Shown here: piece after piece, positions 1 through 14,289 of the stretch
How the letters are laid out: each line of letters starts with the position of its first letter
Numbering within the stretch: position 1 is the stretch's first letter
The notes under the pieces: model-generated
The model's input: only the letters and a program-made list of their open reading frames with translations
Databases searched by the model: none
What the model was told of the DNA's origin: nothing
Made by a program: the position numbers and the translations under genes
From: Phoronis australis
Taxonomy: Eukaryota > Animalia > Phoronida
Assembly: GCA_002633005.1 (NCBI GenBank)
Contig: NMRA01000035.1
Span: 300,646 to 364,645 of the forward strand
Direction: 5' to 3'
Length of the DNA: 64,000 nucleotides

Positions 1-882
1 AATGAAATATAGACATTTAACTCAGCGTTACCCAGATGCGTCAAAATAGCCAAAGCAAAATAAAATAAGAACGCATTGCTTTAATCCATAAATGTAAAGA
101 ATAAGACCTATGAGCCTCGTTTTAACCAAAGTATGACCATAGACAACAAGTGCTAACTTGCCTTATGTCACGACACGATTTTTGTCACGCGTAGCAAAAT
201 GTAATCGTTTAAAGGTGACCTCAACCGTTTTTAATGTTACGTTTAATACAAATACGGATTCCTGGTTATCTCGGAGATATATTTTCCACGTTAAATACTC
301 TTCTCTGGCGAGTATTCGTTATCCATTAAAAATATAAAAAGTGACGTGAACAGTCCAGTAAAAGACCTGGGTAGACTTTAGTAGCTGTCTCGCGTCTAGA
401 AAAATTTAGGTAAAATCACGTGTTCTTATTTAAAATGCACGGCACTATCTCACATAATTTCGCAAAGTCTTGCTTTTAGCGAGGTCCTTGCGTAGATCCT
501 AGCGTTACTGAACTCTACCCATCATGAGTTCCACACTGACCAAACATAATGTTCTACTTGCTACTGTTGCAAACTGTGTCTACTCAATGAAAGTGTATGC
601 AGGACCGTGATGTTGACAGTTTGCTGGGGATTGTAATTAACAGGAAAACGTCTCTCCAAAAAACCAGGGATTTGCATTCGTAGAAAATGCAATTTAAAAT
701 ATAACTGTTTTCCTCGTCTATTATAAAAAAAACGATTGCTATTCCCTTTAAAGGATCATTTTAACGTTGTTTAGCAGTCGATTTTGAATTTTTATCTGAA
801 ACGCTTTGGAGTTAAAACATTACAACGGTAGTCCGATCTTGAATTGTTATTGAATGAACTGGAAATCCAAGTCACAGGCAAA

Positions 883-1050
883 TGCGCCATTTTCGAATTC
901 TCAGTTGTAGGGTTGATGAACCCCAATAAACTGTGGAGCGTTTTCTTGAGTCGCTGATTGCTTCAGTGTTCTTGATGGTAACAGAAATAGAATCCGATAG
1001 GAAGTATTTTGAGACCGATTTTGTGAGAGTAAAAGGCCTTACTCCATTTT
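883..1050 (+). repeat. Interspersed repeat family (GGTAACAGAAATAGAATC...CGATTTTxTGAGAG..AAGGCCT); other copies ~22452-22620, ~27903-28105, ~41380-41450
   Basis: Alignable by eye between the four loci; the ~27.9-kb copy carries part of the unit inverted. Confidence 0.65.
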
Positions 1051-1438
1051 TTCTAAACAGGGCGAAATGCAGATTTAACGTTTAACACTTGCCACTGTGT
1101 GAAAGGATCATCGACACTCGCCACTGTGTGAAAGATATCAACGAAACTCAACGCTAGAATACAGGTTTAACAGTTTTGGGTACATACACACTCAAATACT
1201 CACCTTCAACATAGGTGCAGTCAAACGTTGGAAAGCTGCTCTAAAATCAAATAAATTCGTGTACTGCTGATATATGCAAACTGTTTTTAAAACATTATCA
1301 TCTGAAGGAAACTCGTTTCATAATTTAGATAACCAGAAAAGAAGGAGTAGCTTTAAATTGATGATTTTTAAACTAGAAAGTTTGATTTTAGATAGACATT
1401 TGAAGTTGTTGCGACACATGTTGTCCCACTACATACCC

Positions 1439-1489
1439 GTGCGACAATATACTCCAAGTGCGACAATATACTCCAAGTGCGACAATATA
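1439..1489. repeat. Minisatellite GTGCGACAATATACTCCAA x~2.7
   Basis: Units start at 1439, 1458 and 1477. Confidence 0.85.
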
Positions 1490-4400
1490 TGCCGTCAACA
1501 TCGATACATATTGTTGTGCGGGCGACAATGTGTGTTGCGGCTCACGACATACTACCCGCAGCCGACGACAATGTGCACGAGCGCAGCAATATATGCAACA
1601 GCAGTCTCGTTCGGCTTGCATTGAGCGAAACAGTTGGTCCATCAATTTGGTAGTTGCTGAGTATGTTACTCCTCAGACGGATACTTAGGACAGCACACAA
1701 AAAAGACCTATTTTTGGGAGGCTCAATGAAAAAGTCACCCACTCATACAAGCTATATCAACGTTTAGGTTTTCTATCTTTAAAAGTGACCATATTGTTGG
1801 GAATATCCGAAAAAAACACCCAGTAGGGAATTCAATCAGAAAACTTACACTTTGTTTTAGGGAATGTGGACGTGAAAAAATACCAATCTGAACGGCACTC
1901 CCGGGCGCACCTATGGAGTATCCCGTGATGGTTACCCTCTATAAATGTGGTATAAAATCTACTACCCTTTCTTCACACTTTTTGCATTTAAATACTAAAA
2001 AATCAAAAAGTCATTAATTTACATGTTCTTATCGTTTTCTTTCGAGGAGCCCGGACGCCCTGTTTGGCATAAAGTTTCCCTTCGATTTTGTATCGTCTCC
2101 CCATGATCTTGGATCCGCGCCTGTTCAATGGACTCATTTTCATGTCACGTGGAGCTTGTCTGACGACTAATAGATCGGGAAGGTTAGTTAGTCCAAACAA
2201 ACTTCATCTGAACAATTTAGTTGCTAAGCTGTGGCACGTGCGCCACTGCACACGCTTTTGTTTATCTGCGAAGGTAAACGTGAGCTGAAGACTCGTGGAC
2301 TAATTAACCATTTTGGTAATTAATTTATGTTCTCTTGATTTGTGCGGGTTGCTCTTAGAGGCTCTAATCATTTGTGTCTAAATTTGATCATGAACGCTCA
2401 AGATTATGTGAGGCTAAGAACACATAGATCGTAAAATTTTCGTTTACATTAGAGATTGGCCGAGATTTGGAACTACATTAAGGACAGATATCCAATTGTT
2501 TGTCACGTGCTTGAAGCCCTAGGAGGCTACATCGCGCTATCGGTCACAACTTCTCGTATTCGAATTCATATCAAAGTGTCATTGCTTTCCTATTTACGGT
2601 CATCAAACAGGCAGATTAACACAAATAAATTGACCTTCAAATATCCTGTTTTCTTCCATCAACGGGAAATGGGAGACCGTCGTCCGAGAGGACGACAAGA
2701 GAACCTACAAACTTGTTTGGCAATGGGAATTATGTTCAAGTATTTTGTGAAGTTGTGTGACCTGATTCATAATTTCCATTTAGAAATGAGCAAGAAGGAA
2801 GTCACTAATTTGACGAAGAATGATCGTACATGTACGTGAACATTCATCGCCTTTTTCTACGCGAAGTTAACTCTACTGAATGTGTAATATCATAAAATTA
2901 CTCACAACATCTTGGCACATACAACGTCAAATCATTCCGTTGACGTTGACTGTAAATTTAAACGACCTCGTCGAAACGCGACCGAAAACGTAGTGACTAA
3001 GACATGAAATACAGTGCACATGCTCATGGGTTTTCAATGATCTATTCTGCGTGCAGTTTCTGCTCGGCCTTAGTGAAGTTTTTATGACAACTACATGGAT
3101 TTCTACACATATTTAACAATGACGTGGAACGGTTTTCCTGCTTTTGTTTTGTTTAAATTGCAAAAACATGACTGCTAATGGTAACGCTGTCATTGGACTT
3201 CGGTTGTCGCTAGAAAAACGAAATCTTAACATTAGTGAAGTGATACGTAGAAACAACGGTTCTCGATTTCCAAAAATCTGTAGTCGAAACCATGTTATTG
3301 GTGATGAATTGTTGTTTTTTTTCAGATGGTGCTTCTAAAAGCGAAATGTTGCTCACGATCTTGTTCATATCTGCGCACTGTGTCGTGTCCACGAAATGCA
3401 GTTATTGTTTAAAAAATCAAATATTTGTATTTCTTAGTGCAGTCTGTGTCCTGCTTGTAGAATAATCAGTTATAACATTTGTAAACCATACTTTCGTAGT
3501 TCGTGCTTATCAAAATTAGACTAATACCTTTGTTACCACGTGATTAATAACTCACCTGCTCGGAAAAAATCTTTCGTCAATTATCAATTACTAATTATCT
3601 GGCTATTTTTATGTTTCTTTTTTTCAAGCCCCGTCACGGAACGTTAATAACTGTGTACAATAACCCTAATATATCGAGAAACTAACAATGAGTTGTAATT
3701 TATACACGCTCACAATAAAATCATTTACATAAATTATTTTTCTACAACAGCTCGAATACAACGCACAGTCGATAGATGCATCGTTTACTTAAGATATTTG
3801 TCGGAAAGTAGCAATCTAACTTTTAATTCAAAATTATCTATGCGAGCTACTGCTAGATCTTAACAAATTAGTATTGCATCAGAATAAATACTTTTAATTG
3901 ACTCAAGTCACTAATTAGTTCACAGATAAGGCGAGAGTACCAATTAAGCAATGTCTTTCGCTAACACCTGCATTTTTGATTTTTTTGCAAAACCTGTCTT
4001 TTCAGAAACATTTAATCTCGATTCCTGGCGATAACAATATATGCCAATCAAACATAAGAAAAATGATATTTCTAGCTGTTCTATGTCCCCGGGCCATTAC
4101 CACGCCATAGCGGTGGTCATGTTAGTACACATGAAAGTAAGTATTTTCACACAAGACGTATAATGTAAGTTTTCTTAATGAAAGGCGGTTTCCAAAATGG
4201 AACTATATTGTCGACGATAAAAGCGTCGTTTTTAATGGCTTTTGTAACTTATGTTCGTATGAAATATCTTTGCGTTCAAAAATTACACGTTTTTCCAACA
4301 GTTGTGTCGGCTAAAAATGTTTGCATCCCTCTCCATAGTTGCAGTGATGAAATTAATAACCATGCATTTCATTACGTAATTATAATATGCTCTTATGAAT

Positions 4401-7400
4401 TCACGAGTGTTCCGCATGTGGTAGTAATTTACACTAGTTATTTACGAAAGCGTCGCGTTCGATAAATAAACACGTGACTAGTTTTGGTCTGCGCCCGATT
4501 ATTTTGGAAATTTGCGCCTCACTGTTAAGAAAAAAAGAAACGCTCCTACATGATTGAGTGGAGAGGAAACATTCCGACCCAATTCAGCTAGAAAGGAAAG
4601 CAATGGTTCCGACCTATTTTTGATAGCATCAGGTGATATTTTATTTTCTAAAATATAAAGAATTAATAAAAGTGCCGCATCACTGCATCGATTTTCAAAT
4701 AAACATAGATGGAAACGAGTTGTGCTATTATATGACGTTACCTTAGTCTCATTCTGGACCAGTTTGTCGTTAGATAAAACTATGACGAGCGTCATTTCAC
4801 ACAAAAAACAAGGGTTCATAATTTGACAGGTACTTAAACAATTTTCTTTCATGACACTAAGGAAAAAACAATAGCATTTTCGTTTGTTTTTACAACTTGT
4901 CACAAAGTGAACTGAGTAAGTATTTAGGCCATGTGAGTCAGTGAATCCATAGTTTCGTCTATCCTTGACGTTTCAAAACCTGTCCGATAGCATTTACTAA
5001 TAACGTGCTTATTTTTTCTCATCTTGATGTTCTTCCACCATTATTTCAGGGAGGATGGGGTGAGGAGGGGGGAGGNGGATAGTGTACTTAATTGGCGACA
5101 TTTGCAGACGTGCCGTGGGCTTCTATACGAAATAATGCCTTTTTCGCGGTCTTTTTCTTTCTCAATTGCTTCGCATATTGGCGCATGCGCCTAAGTTTTG
5201 CATAAAAGCCCAAGTAGTGTCCCCTGCAAGGACCCACACATTAATTTGCATATAGGCACACCCGTGATGACTATCGCTGTGCCTTCTGATGGCAATTTTT
5301 TAAAATTTGCCTCTGTATCTTTAGAGCTCCTTGGCGTATTTTCAAGAAATTTGTTAAATCTTGTAGTGTGGGCATCAAAATCATTGCCAAGCAACCATTT
5401 CTGCTTTAATAACTGTGCTTGATTTCTTTTGCATCCTTGTCTAGTGAATTGTCTCTTTGCCGAACTATTTTTGCGCGGACTCAAAAAATGTCTTCGGTTT
5501 CCACAACACGTTGTTCGGCAAATGAAGTGATCCTGCTCGTGGACGAGACGATCTCGCCACCCGGTGAGTGGCAAGCTCGTGTTATTGGTAAAATTTTCGT
5601 GAACGCTCCCAACAAATGGGCCACGTTTATCTTGCCTGAGTGAAATTTCATCTGATCGACTCTCTAAATGGATGGGTATCTCAATCTTCCAGTGGCACCC
5701 TCGTGAAAAATATTGTCGAGTCATCTGGGTACCTGATGAAGCGCCGTGATATAGTTTGCAAGCTGATGTTTTACTAAATGCAATAACGGTTGAAGGATTT
5801 TAACATCACAGAAGCCTTTTGTGAAATGACGAGTTCAAACCCGCATTGGTAATTGACTCAATATGGAACACAACTGCACCACCATCTTCGAACTTCTCTA
5901 CCATAGTCTTTATAGACACCTTATTCACAGAGCTACCCTATATATTATAAAAGTTAAATTTTCAACGCCCTTCACAAAATAACACCCGGAAGAGGAATTG
6001 CATTGAAAATATGGATAATTTTTTACTATTTCGCGCCATGTTTTTCGAACGTGGTCACACTATTAGAACATGTTTGATTACTAATTCATCAAGTGTTCGT
6101 TTTATCCGAACTCGTTCTTATTTTGTCGTGTGACAATATGAGTTTGTTACTCAAATTGGCTTTTAGTGCATTGAATAATACATCACTGAAATCTTTTCAG
6201 AATTTGGGGGTATATCTTCCAATACAAAGACACAAGTGGCTTGAAGGACATTCCTGTCAATTCAGCTCAGGTGGGCCCGTGGCTAAGTGAGGTACTCATC
6301 GAGTGTTGGACTGTACACTCCAACCTAATTGCCCCTCTCAAGCCAGGCGGAACAGGGGCTCGAATACCTTGCACGAGAGCTGATTAGTAATAACTAGCTA
6401 TCATTCCCGCAGCGTGAGCACTGCTGTTTGTTTAGAAAACAATAAAAAATTGTCACATGAAGGCTAAGGCTGTGGTTCAGAATCTCGACCAATTTTGTAG
6501 CAATGTAAAGACAGACACTTGCTTTCGCAATGATGATATTGTTTTTACATCAGTGATCGTGAAATCATTGCCATAGGTTTTGGAGGTGTTCATCTCTTTC
6601 TTTCCGTATTTCCCCAGGTCAACCTAAAATAGGCTGCTTCGCTCATCTTTGGATCACCATTAGGTTAGCTGAACAACTCTTGTTGCAATACGAGAATGAC
6701 AGAACGCAGTCTGACGATCATGGTTAGACCTGTAGATATGACAAAGCAGTGTTGTTGAGCCAGGGTCTGCGAAAGATAACTGCGAACAGCTTGTAAACTG
6801 CTCTGGTTGAGCGTCACCGCAGACTGGGTTCTGAGACCGAGCCACCGTTCTGCTGCAGCACCCCGTCACTTCAAAGTGCGCAGATGCCACCGATATCTGT
6901 TATATTTAATTTAGTTGTTTCCTCCCGTGACCACTATTTCATTGTGGAAGGCAGCTTGCAATGTAATAAATTTCTCAATTTTGCGTCACAGGCTGTGCAC
7001 CCATACAATGAATGCAAAGTGCAGATGAAGACGACATGGCGAGGCAAATGTCACGATTCTCGTTTACAAACTATGACATTTACACTTCAGTAGAAACGGT
7101 TGTTTCTCTGTTAGAGATCAGTTTATACTGTGCTGTCTATATCTCGTATAGGTCATTCTATGGTAGATGTATAAAGTTAAACGACCCTCCGTCCTCTATC
7201 GTCATTGGCTTACCGTTTTTCGATCTAAAAACATTAATACAAAATGCAACTGAACATATTTTTTGAAACGACTTTCCTTGAAAGTAAAAGTTGTCATGCA
7301 GTTAGACGGGTGCATGAACCCACACTCACTGAGACTTTTAGATTGGAAAACGCTCTGAGAAGCATCAAAACATTATCAGTGCTATCATTACCGTTTAATC

Positions 7401-10400
7401 TCTATCGCCTGGTGCAGCAAAATGCGCTACCATTTTCTCATATGTTTCTCATGAAGCGCCCCAAATTACACAAGAGGTAAGCTTCAACTTCTTAAGCCCA
7501 CCATAGGAAGATGATGTAGTGTCATATTACTGTCACGTGACATCAAGTGAGACACTCGGTAGTTTAATACGAGAGTTCACTATTGTTGGGCAAATCATCC
7601 AGAAAATTGATTAAGTTCGCCTCTTGGTTTTCTTCGAGGAGCTTTCCAATTAGATTATAAGCCGTCAATACATATTGTTCAGAACTGTCAAGTTTGTCAT
7701 GGGGTCTAACGAACCAGCTGGGACTATTTTACGGCAATTTCACGATTCCCACACCTAATTAATTTGAAAGGCACCATGGGACTATAACTTAAGGAGGGAT
7801 GGAACGCGAAAGCTCGCCAAAATGTCTTTTAAACAATTCCTGACGAAAGTACCATTTCGCAACGTGTACTACAGAGTTATTCACGTTCCCCAGGCGGGAA
7901 TTTCCAGAAAAAGAGGCACAATTCACGATTTCTGAAATACGCGAAGGAAAAACTTTGTAGTCACCACAGAGTTTCTAATCGCCCTCCCACATATGATAAA
8001 CGCGCGCATGCGCTCACAGTCATTCGACAAGCAGGTGACTGACAAGATGAATATTAACGGCAGATTATCATGTGGGATGGCATTCCGAATCTGTGGTCAA
8101 CGGCACAGTATGAGGCAAGCCAGTGAAACAAGCAATTTCCTAAGAATAATTCCATGCATTTTAGAATGTATTTGAATACTACGATACCTTTATAACTAAT
8201 TTTAAATAGACATGACTTACACCAGTTGCTTCTTAATGGGACTGGTTGTTGCTTGAAGTCACCATTGGTCTGTTTACATCAAAGGTCAAAGGTCACATTT
8301 TCCATGTAAGGGAAATGTGCACCGTCCATGTCTTGCTAAACCAAATAGTGCTTTGCCTTGTGGGAGAATGCTCAACGAAGTGACGAGCACTTGACAGATC
8401 GTTTTTCGGAAATTTGAAGCTAAAAGAAAAATGCTTTGATATCAACAGAAATGCAAACTGTTTACAAACAAACTGTAAAAATACATGTCGAACAGATTCA
8501 ATTTAGTGGCAGAGAACTACTTTGAATAATGTAATTCAGTCTAATTTTCGCGTTCCAGTCATTGTTCTGTTTTGTATGAAGTTTAAAAATATGAAAGGTT
8601 AAGAGAATTGTCATTTCAACATTGATTATTAGTATTCGTTACTTGGTTTCAAAAAGTATATCTGAGAATGTAAGAAACGGTAAAGTTCATAAAGAAAAAT
8701 ATTCATTTTGACGACAGACAGACCTTAGGAAAGAAAATCGATTTTAAAAAGATTTAAATAATCTTATTTTGGATTTTAGAACATTGCTCGACTTTCAATT
8801 TTAAAATCTTGATAGAAAATACATTTGTTCCTTGCGGACATGCCCATCTTTAGACACGTTCAGTGCATGTAATTAAAGTTTATTGCAGTACACCTAGGAC
8901 GTACAGTTGGAAAAATATGCATAGTTGAATCATAAACCGTTCTCAGTTTCATAGGAAGTGGACACCAAGCCGTAACTAAGATTAAATTTTCCAAAATCAA
9001 TCCGACCTATGGAGACAGTTATTTATGTTGTGTACTGACGCTCTTGGTTTCAATACTTGCGTGCCGGCGGCAATAATCGGGTATAACGCGCCCGTATTTT
9101 GATAACCAGTTTGTTGCCAGTTATTCAGTAGAGAAAACTGGTACTCAGAATTCGAGCACGACGGTTATTTGCGACCATTACGCGTGCCGGCTACACTATT
9201 GATACACCCGAGAATAGATTCTTCACTTTCAAATACACACGGCTGATATTTTCCAGATATACGCCCCAGGACTTCCTGCAGGAAACTCCGGTGTGTGAGA
9301 TTCAACAGGTGGTCAGTAGACAATAAACGCAATGAAGAGAAGCTGTCTACGTGCGCGCCCTCTAGGACACTAAGAGTTAAGCCGAATTTGAAATTATTAC
9401 GTCCGGTGACTAGAGTAAAGATGACACAAATACAAATAGTTTACATCCGAATTGTCTCAGATTTCAACAAATAATGGTACTAATACACGAAAGCTATAAG
9501 TAAAAGCGAATCTAGCGTGAAGCTAGGGAATCTTAAGCGTCTTGCCCTGATACTTTATTTTCCTTTTTCTTTATTGTCCACTTTGAAAACCACAGAACAT
9601 AAGCTGAAAGCGCTTTTACAAAATAATTAAATTAGATTAAAGAGCAGTTTTTGGTTTCATGTCCGAGGCGCATTTTTTGAAATTATTGTTTTATGCGATA
9701 TACTTCTTGAAGGTGTTGCCTTTGACCAGAATTGTGTTTGAAATTTTATTACAAATGCCTAATTCCCCCCGTTGTCTACCTGACATTCAATAAATTCAAG
9801 TGGGATTTATCTCCAAAAGCAGGGCGTTTGGCTGCTACCGCGCGGGGGGTTCCGAATTCGGTTCAGCACTGAAGCCGGTCTCACTCCGATAATGCCCCTT
9901 TAAAACGTATTTAAGTAAGACCTAGAATCCTATAAGGTGGTCAATAAACAAAGCCGAATAAAACAAAAAGTGCCAAAATCCGCTTTCACGCTTAGGAGGC
10001 ACCTAGCGAGCGTCCGCATAGAGACCCCTCCTAATTTCCACACATAAAGGTGTTCTCAATTCATACAGAAGTGACCTGGTTTCGGAGCCGTAACCTCCTT
10101 AAAGAAGTTAGTGACATCACAGTTCTTCGAATGTGTAAGAAATCAGATTTAGTGAAATTTCAATATAACTTACCAACAAAAGAGTCGTAGTCATAAGGCG
10201 CAGCTCATTCTCCAAATATAAACCATCTTCGTCTTCCTTGTGCTGGTCATGCTACATGCCAAGACAATAATTGGAATTTGGCAGTGATTTGTGGATGGTC
10301 ATCGTGACAGAAAACCCCCCAAAGCAAATCACAGCTACTTGCCTCGAGACCACCCGGCACGTGATCATCAAACATTAACATAAAATCAATACTACTACCT

Positions 10401-11023
10401 AACTACTCTATGGTATAATCGCACGTGCTTAAAACACCCGTAAATAAAGGGTTGCGGCGAGTGCGAACGCACCCCGTCCCACACCGGCAGCAGAGGTCCG
10501 CTCAAGGAACCGCCCATAGGCAGCTCAGCTCCGTCTGAACGGGAATAATTTAGTTTCTAATTGAGTATTAAGAATTTGTGACGTGAACATGGCTGACGGC
10601 ACTGGAGCGAATAACTGGCCGGGGGATGGAGAAAAAACAAAAGGTCCGATAACCACAATTTAACACCTAATCGTTGCAATAGCTGGCTACGGGCACGTGG
10701 TATCTTTAATGAGAAATTTTGACAAGGCCTCGTGCGTCCCTTTGCCTGCACCAATGGCCAGAAAGTTGTGAAGATTGGTTTACATTTGAACCAGCCAATG
10801 AGACACGACACCTTCTCGGCAATGATACTTCTCAGAGAGGTGCGTGAGCAAAAGACAAGGTATTGTCATATAGATAGTTAAAGAAAACCGACTTCTTCGT
10901 TTACAAAAATGTGAAATAGCCAGGGTCATAAAACGGATCGTCACGAAACTCCTTTACTAATGGCTACCGCTAAAGCTTATATTTTAACCACCTGACGTCT
11001 GTCAGTTAGATAAGTAGCGATGA

Positions 11024-11181
11024 CCAGGCGTGCGTTCAGTAACTCTAGGACGTACGCTAGGACCTAGCTAAAATGTAGCCAACGTCACGTGATCTCATTT
11101 CAAATACATGGCAATATCTCACGTAATATCGCGAAGTCTTGCTTTTTAGCGAGGTCCTAGCGTTACTGAACGGGAGGCTGG
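11024..11181. mobile_element. Small MITE with CCAG..CGTTCAGTAAC / GTTACTGAACG..CTGG TIRs
   Basis: Inverted ends visible; a partial second copy at ~415-513 shares GTCTTGCTTTTAGCGAGGTCC...CTAGCGTTACTGAAC. Confidence 0.7.
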
Positions 11182-11296
11182 TTTCCGGAGTGTTTGAAGC
11201 AAACTAAGCGCATGAAGCAAGAGCTGATAGGGTAACAGTGCCAAAGGCCTAGAATAAATTCATTAATACAGCTAACGCTACTGGAGAGGCCTATAT

Positions 11297-11450
11297 CAGT
11301 AGCGGATTTAGAGGGGGCCAACGGGGCCATGGCCTTCCTAAAATTCTCCCAGATTCCATTTGGCAGTTCGGGGTGCGAATATCTTACGGTCAAAATCCTG
11401 TCTAATACTCTACCCTGCCCCCCTAATTCAAAATCCTGGATCCGCCCCCG
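11297..11450. mobile_element. MITE with CAG(T/G)RGCGGAT...ATCCGCCCCTG-type TIRs, copy 1
   Basis: Internal sequence (CCAGATxCCATTTGG, CTAAxTCAAAATCCxGGATCCGCCCC) shared with 57779-58070. Confidence 0.75.
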
Positions 11451-11610
11451 TCGTATATAGTGCCAGATTTCTCATTAACTGAACTGAATACAGCTTTGGG
11501 CCCCTGCTTAAGAGAGTTGCCCCTCTTGCGGCGACCAAGCTGAATGAGTAACGACAACGAGGGATAGGGAGGTAGCGACGGAGGAGGGGGCGGAACAGGG
11601 CTCAGCCAGC

Positions 11611-12166
11611 CTCAAAGTCTTTTTCAGTAACATCAACAGTATCAACGCGAACAATTTTTCAAGATTTTGAACTTCTCAAGGAACTTATTATAGACAACAA
11701 TTACATGGTCATAGTCATTATGTGAATCCGGAACACTGCCTGAAGACAACCTCGGCGCCCTTATTATTCCGGGATACAACATTATCTATCAAACTAACGC
11801 CGGGAGAGGGTTGATCTTGTTTGTCCACAACTCCGTAAACTACAAACTATCGATAATGAAATTATACAATTAATGAATAACTGTTGGATTGAATTTCATG
11901 TCAACCCCAAGAAAATGTATCATTGGTTTTTCTATCGCTCACCCTCACAGGCGTCCCATGAAAGGAAAACATATTTCAAGACCTTTTCCGAACGATTGCA
12001 AGAACTCTCACAAACTAATAAAACAATTGTTATCAACGGGAATTTCGACGCAAGAAATAGTACTTGGTACTTAGATGACACTGACAACCAAGCCGGTCTC
12101 GAATTATTCGTTTTATTTTTCTTAAATGGTTGCATACAACTAATAAATGAGCCGAAGCGCGACTGA
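11611..12166 (+). mobile_element. Degenerate non-LTR retrotransposon (CR1/L2/Jockey-like) APE endonuclease fragment
   Basis: Frameshifted motifs LKVFFSNINSIN, IICES, IPGY, GRGLILFV, WIE, YRSPS, GNFDAR(N)STW, QLINEP, matching LINE ORF2 endonuclease domains. Confidence 0.8.
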
Positions 12167-13824
12167 ACTCTGAGGGTGACGACCAGATGTCGAAATGGCT
12201 ACTGTTCTTGGTAAATGACAAGGGTCTCCGTAGCTGATCAAGCTTCAGTCCACCAAAACTATAGATCTACAATGTGCGCGCATCCCCGAGCTTCACTTCC
12301 CCATCACGCCAAACACCTGATGTCAAGTTGTGTTTAACAGTGAGACCTACGGCGGCTGTCTGTGTACTCAATGGTCACCGCAACTAAGACGGCGATTTCT
12401 GCTACTACAGAGATGGTCGATAATTTTCTCTCTCTATCAATGACCAGGAACCGTATTTTTAATTCTGATATCTATTCTGTACTAAGATTTGTTAGTGAAT
12501 GAAATGACCCAGGAAAGAATTTTCTTCCAAGCAGTAACTCAGTTTAGTTGAATACCGCAGCATACCTAGTGACTGGAATCGACTTTGGTACGTAAGTACT
12601 GTAGAGTGTGTTTGGAAACGAACACTCTTTCGCAGTTATTAAATTCCATTTCGGTGTGTCCCCTCTGTTGCTAAAAAGTGTTATTAAAGCAATCTGCAAC
12701 ATTACGAACTATGCAATTACGTCCAACTTTCCAATTTTAAGTGCAAATACCCTGTGTGAACAAAATCGGAGACCCAACGCATCAAAGTAACCTAACTTGA
12801 TTCTCACAACATAAAAAACGTGCCTCTCATTAGGGAGGTGCGTGTATCGAATTAAACGTGCCCACGTGTGATCGCTGAGTAAACACGACCCTTGCCTACT
12901 AAACGCTGAACCAACCTGTTTTCAGTCAACAAATTGGTGGGCAGGTCTTATTAAAACTCGAACACCGACACACTAAATTTGAAAACTAAACATTGCTTAT
13001 GTTTAAAGGAACGAACGGGACTTCTTTACAAGCTACTTTTAACGTCAGGTATGCGCTTCTCTGTTGTTTTGCACACTCTCTGTTGACATAAACGACAAGA
13101 CGAGTGTAAAAAAAGCTCACGATGAAGTTAGCAGAATTCCGCTTAAAGCGGCTATATACCAACCCTCTATCACAAAAAGCACCTTATGATTTAGACCACT
13201 TACCGCAAAGAAATTGGTCTCAAATTGCCCGTTGTAGGCAATCTGGAGATGTTTTCAGGGCTTGGAATGTTGCGGGAGATCAAGATCTACACATTACTTT
13301 TGTCACGGCGTGTCATTTTATTCACCGAGCACGTTCTCAAGCAATAACAAACTGCCAGTTGTTTGCAAAACCAAAAAAATCACTTCTCATATCAGTAAGG
13401 AAAAAATTGAGACCAATTTTATAGCGATAAGCGTTCAAACTCGAAACTTACTTTCGTTGATTAACTGCGTTTATTGCCGCTTAAATTATGTAACTACCTT
13501 CAGAAGCAACACGCTGAACGACACCTGTATTCAAACTATAACCCAATGCTGAGAAAACGTTATACTGCGCATCAGATAAACTTTTCGTCACTACATGCGT
13601 TTAAATAAAATCTGTTCATTTCACCCAATACTGCCTTGTTCAAGAGATATCGAATTATGGTTGATATTGTACGCTACTCAAAACAGAAAGCAAGAGTAAC
13701 GCATGATTATTCCTTATGAAATATAATTATATGTCAAGGTTTGTAATTGCGAGCGATTTGTAAAGGCTTAAACAACGACATCTCGGAAAGAAAATACTGA
13801 AGTCTTAGTGTACGTTAGTCAAAT

Positions 13825-13830
13825 TTTATT
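13825..13830 (-). terminator. Candidate Hey polyadenylation signal AATAAA
   Basis: tttatt on + strand, ~460 nt after the stop, in AU-rich 3'UTR-like sequence. Confidence 0.5.
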
Positions 13831-14289
13831 GGATTCAGTTCAAATTGACATTGGTCGAATAAATATCACCAATAGACATAACAAAGTAATATAAAATGTA
13901 CAACATAGAATTATAAAATCGGCAGCGTTGACTAAAACTCCTCAGTAAAAAAAAACAATTCGCAGCAACTCAACAAAGCCGTTTCGTGAAAAATAATCAA
14001 TAGATGTACCTACACGAAACGTAACATCTCACTAAAAATGAAATGTCCTCAACATCCTTGTGTTCAAAATAAGTACGCCAAGTAATCTTTTATAAAATAT
14101 TTATAAAACACTTTATAAAAAGACAATGTCATAAGTTATTGCAAAGGGAAGTTACAGTATTTGCATAGCGGCATCTTCGTTGTTTGACATCACATTTGGA
14201 AGACAGTTCATAGTCATTTTCAAATGCAGGGATCACACTCACGCACGCACACGCAGGCATTCATCCACACGCACTTGTTGGTATGCAAA

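Noticed and set aside
1405-1610. CRISPR-like look of repeated GCGACAAT units and overlapping ORFs
   Set aside because: Units are head-to-tail without unique spacers, there are no cas genes and the context is eukaryotic; it is a minisatellite.
6270-6400. tRNA-like start (GGGCCCGTGGCTAAGTGAGG...GGCTCGAATACC)
   Set aside because: No cloverleaf with correct spacing; at most an old SINE head, not a tRNA gene.
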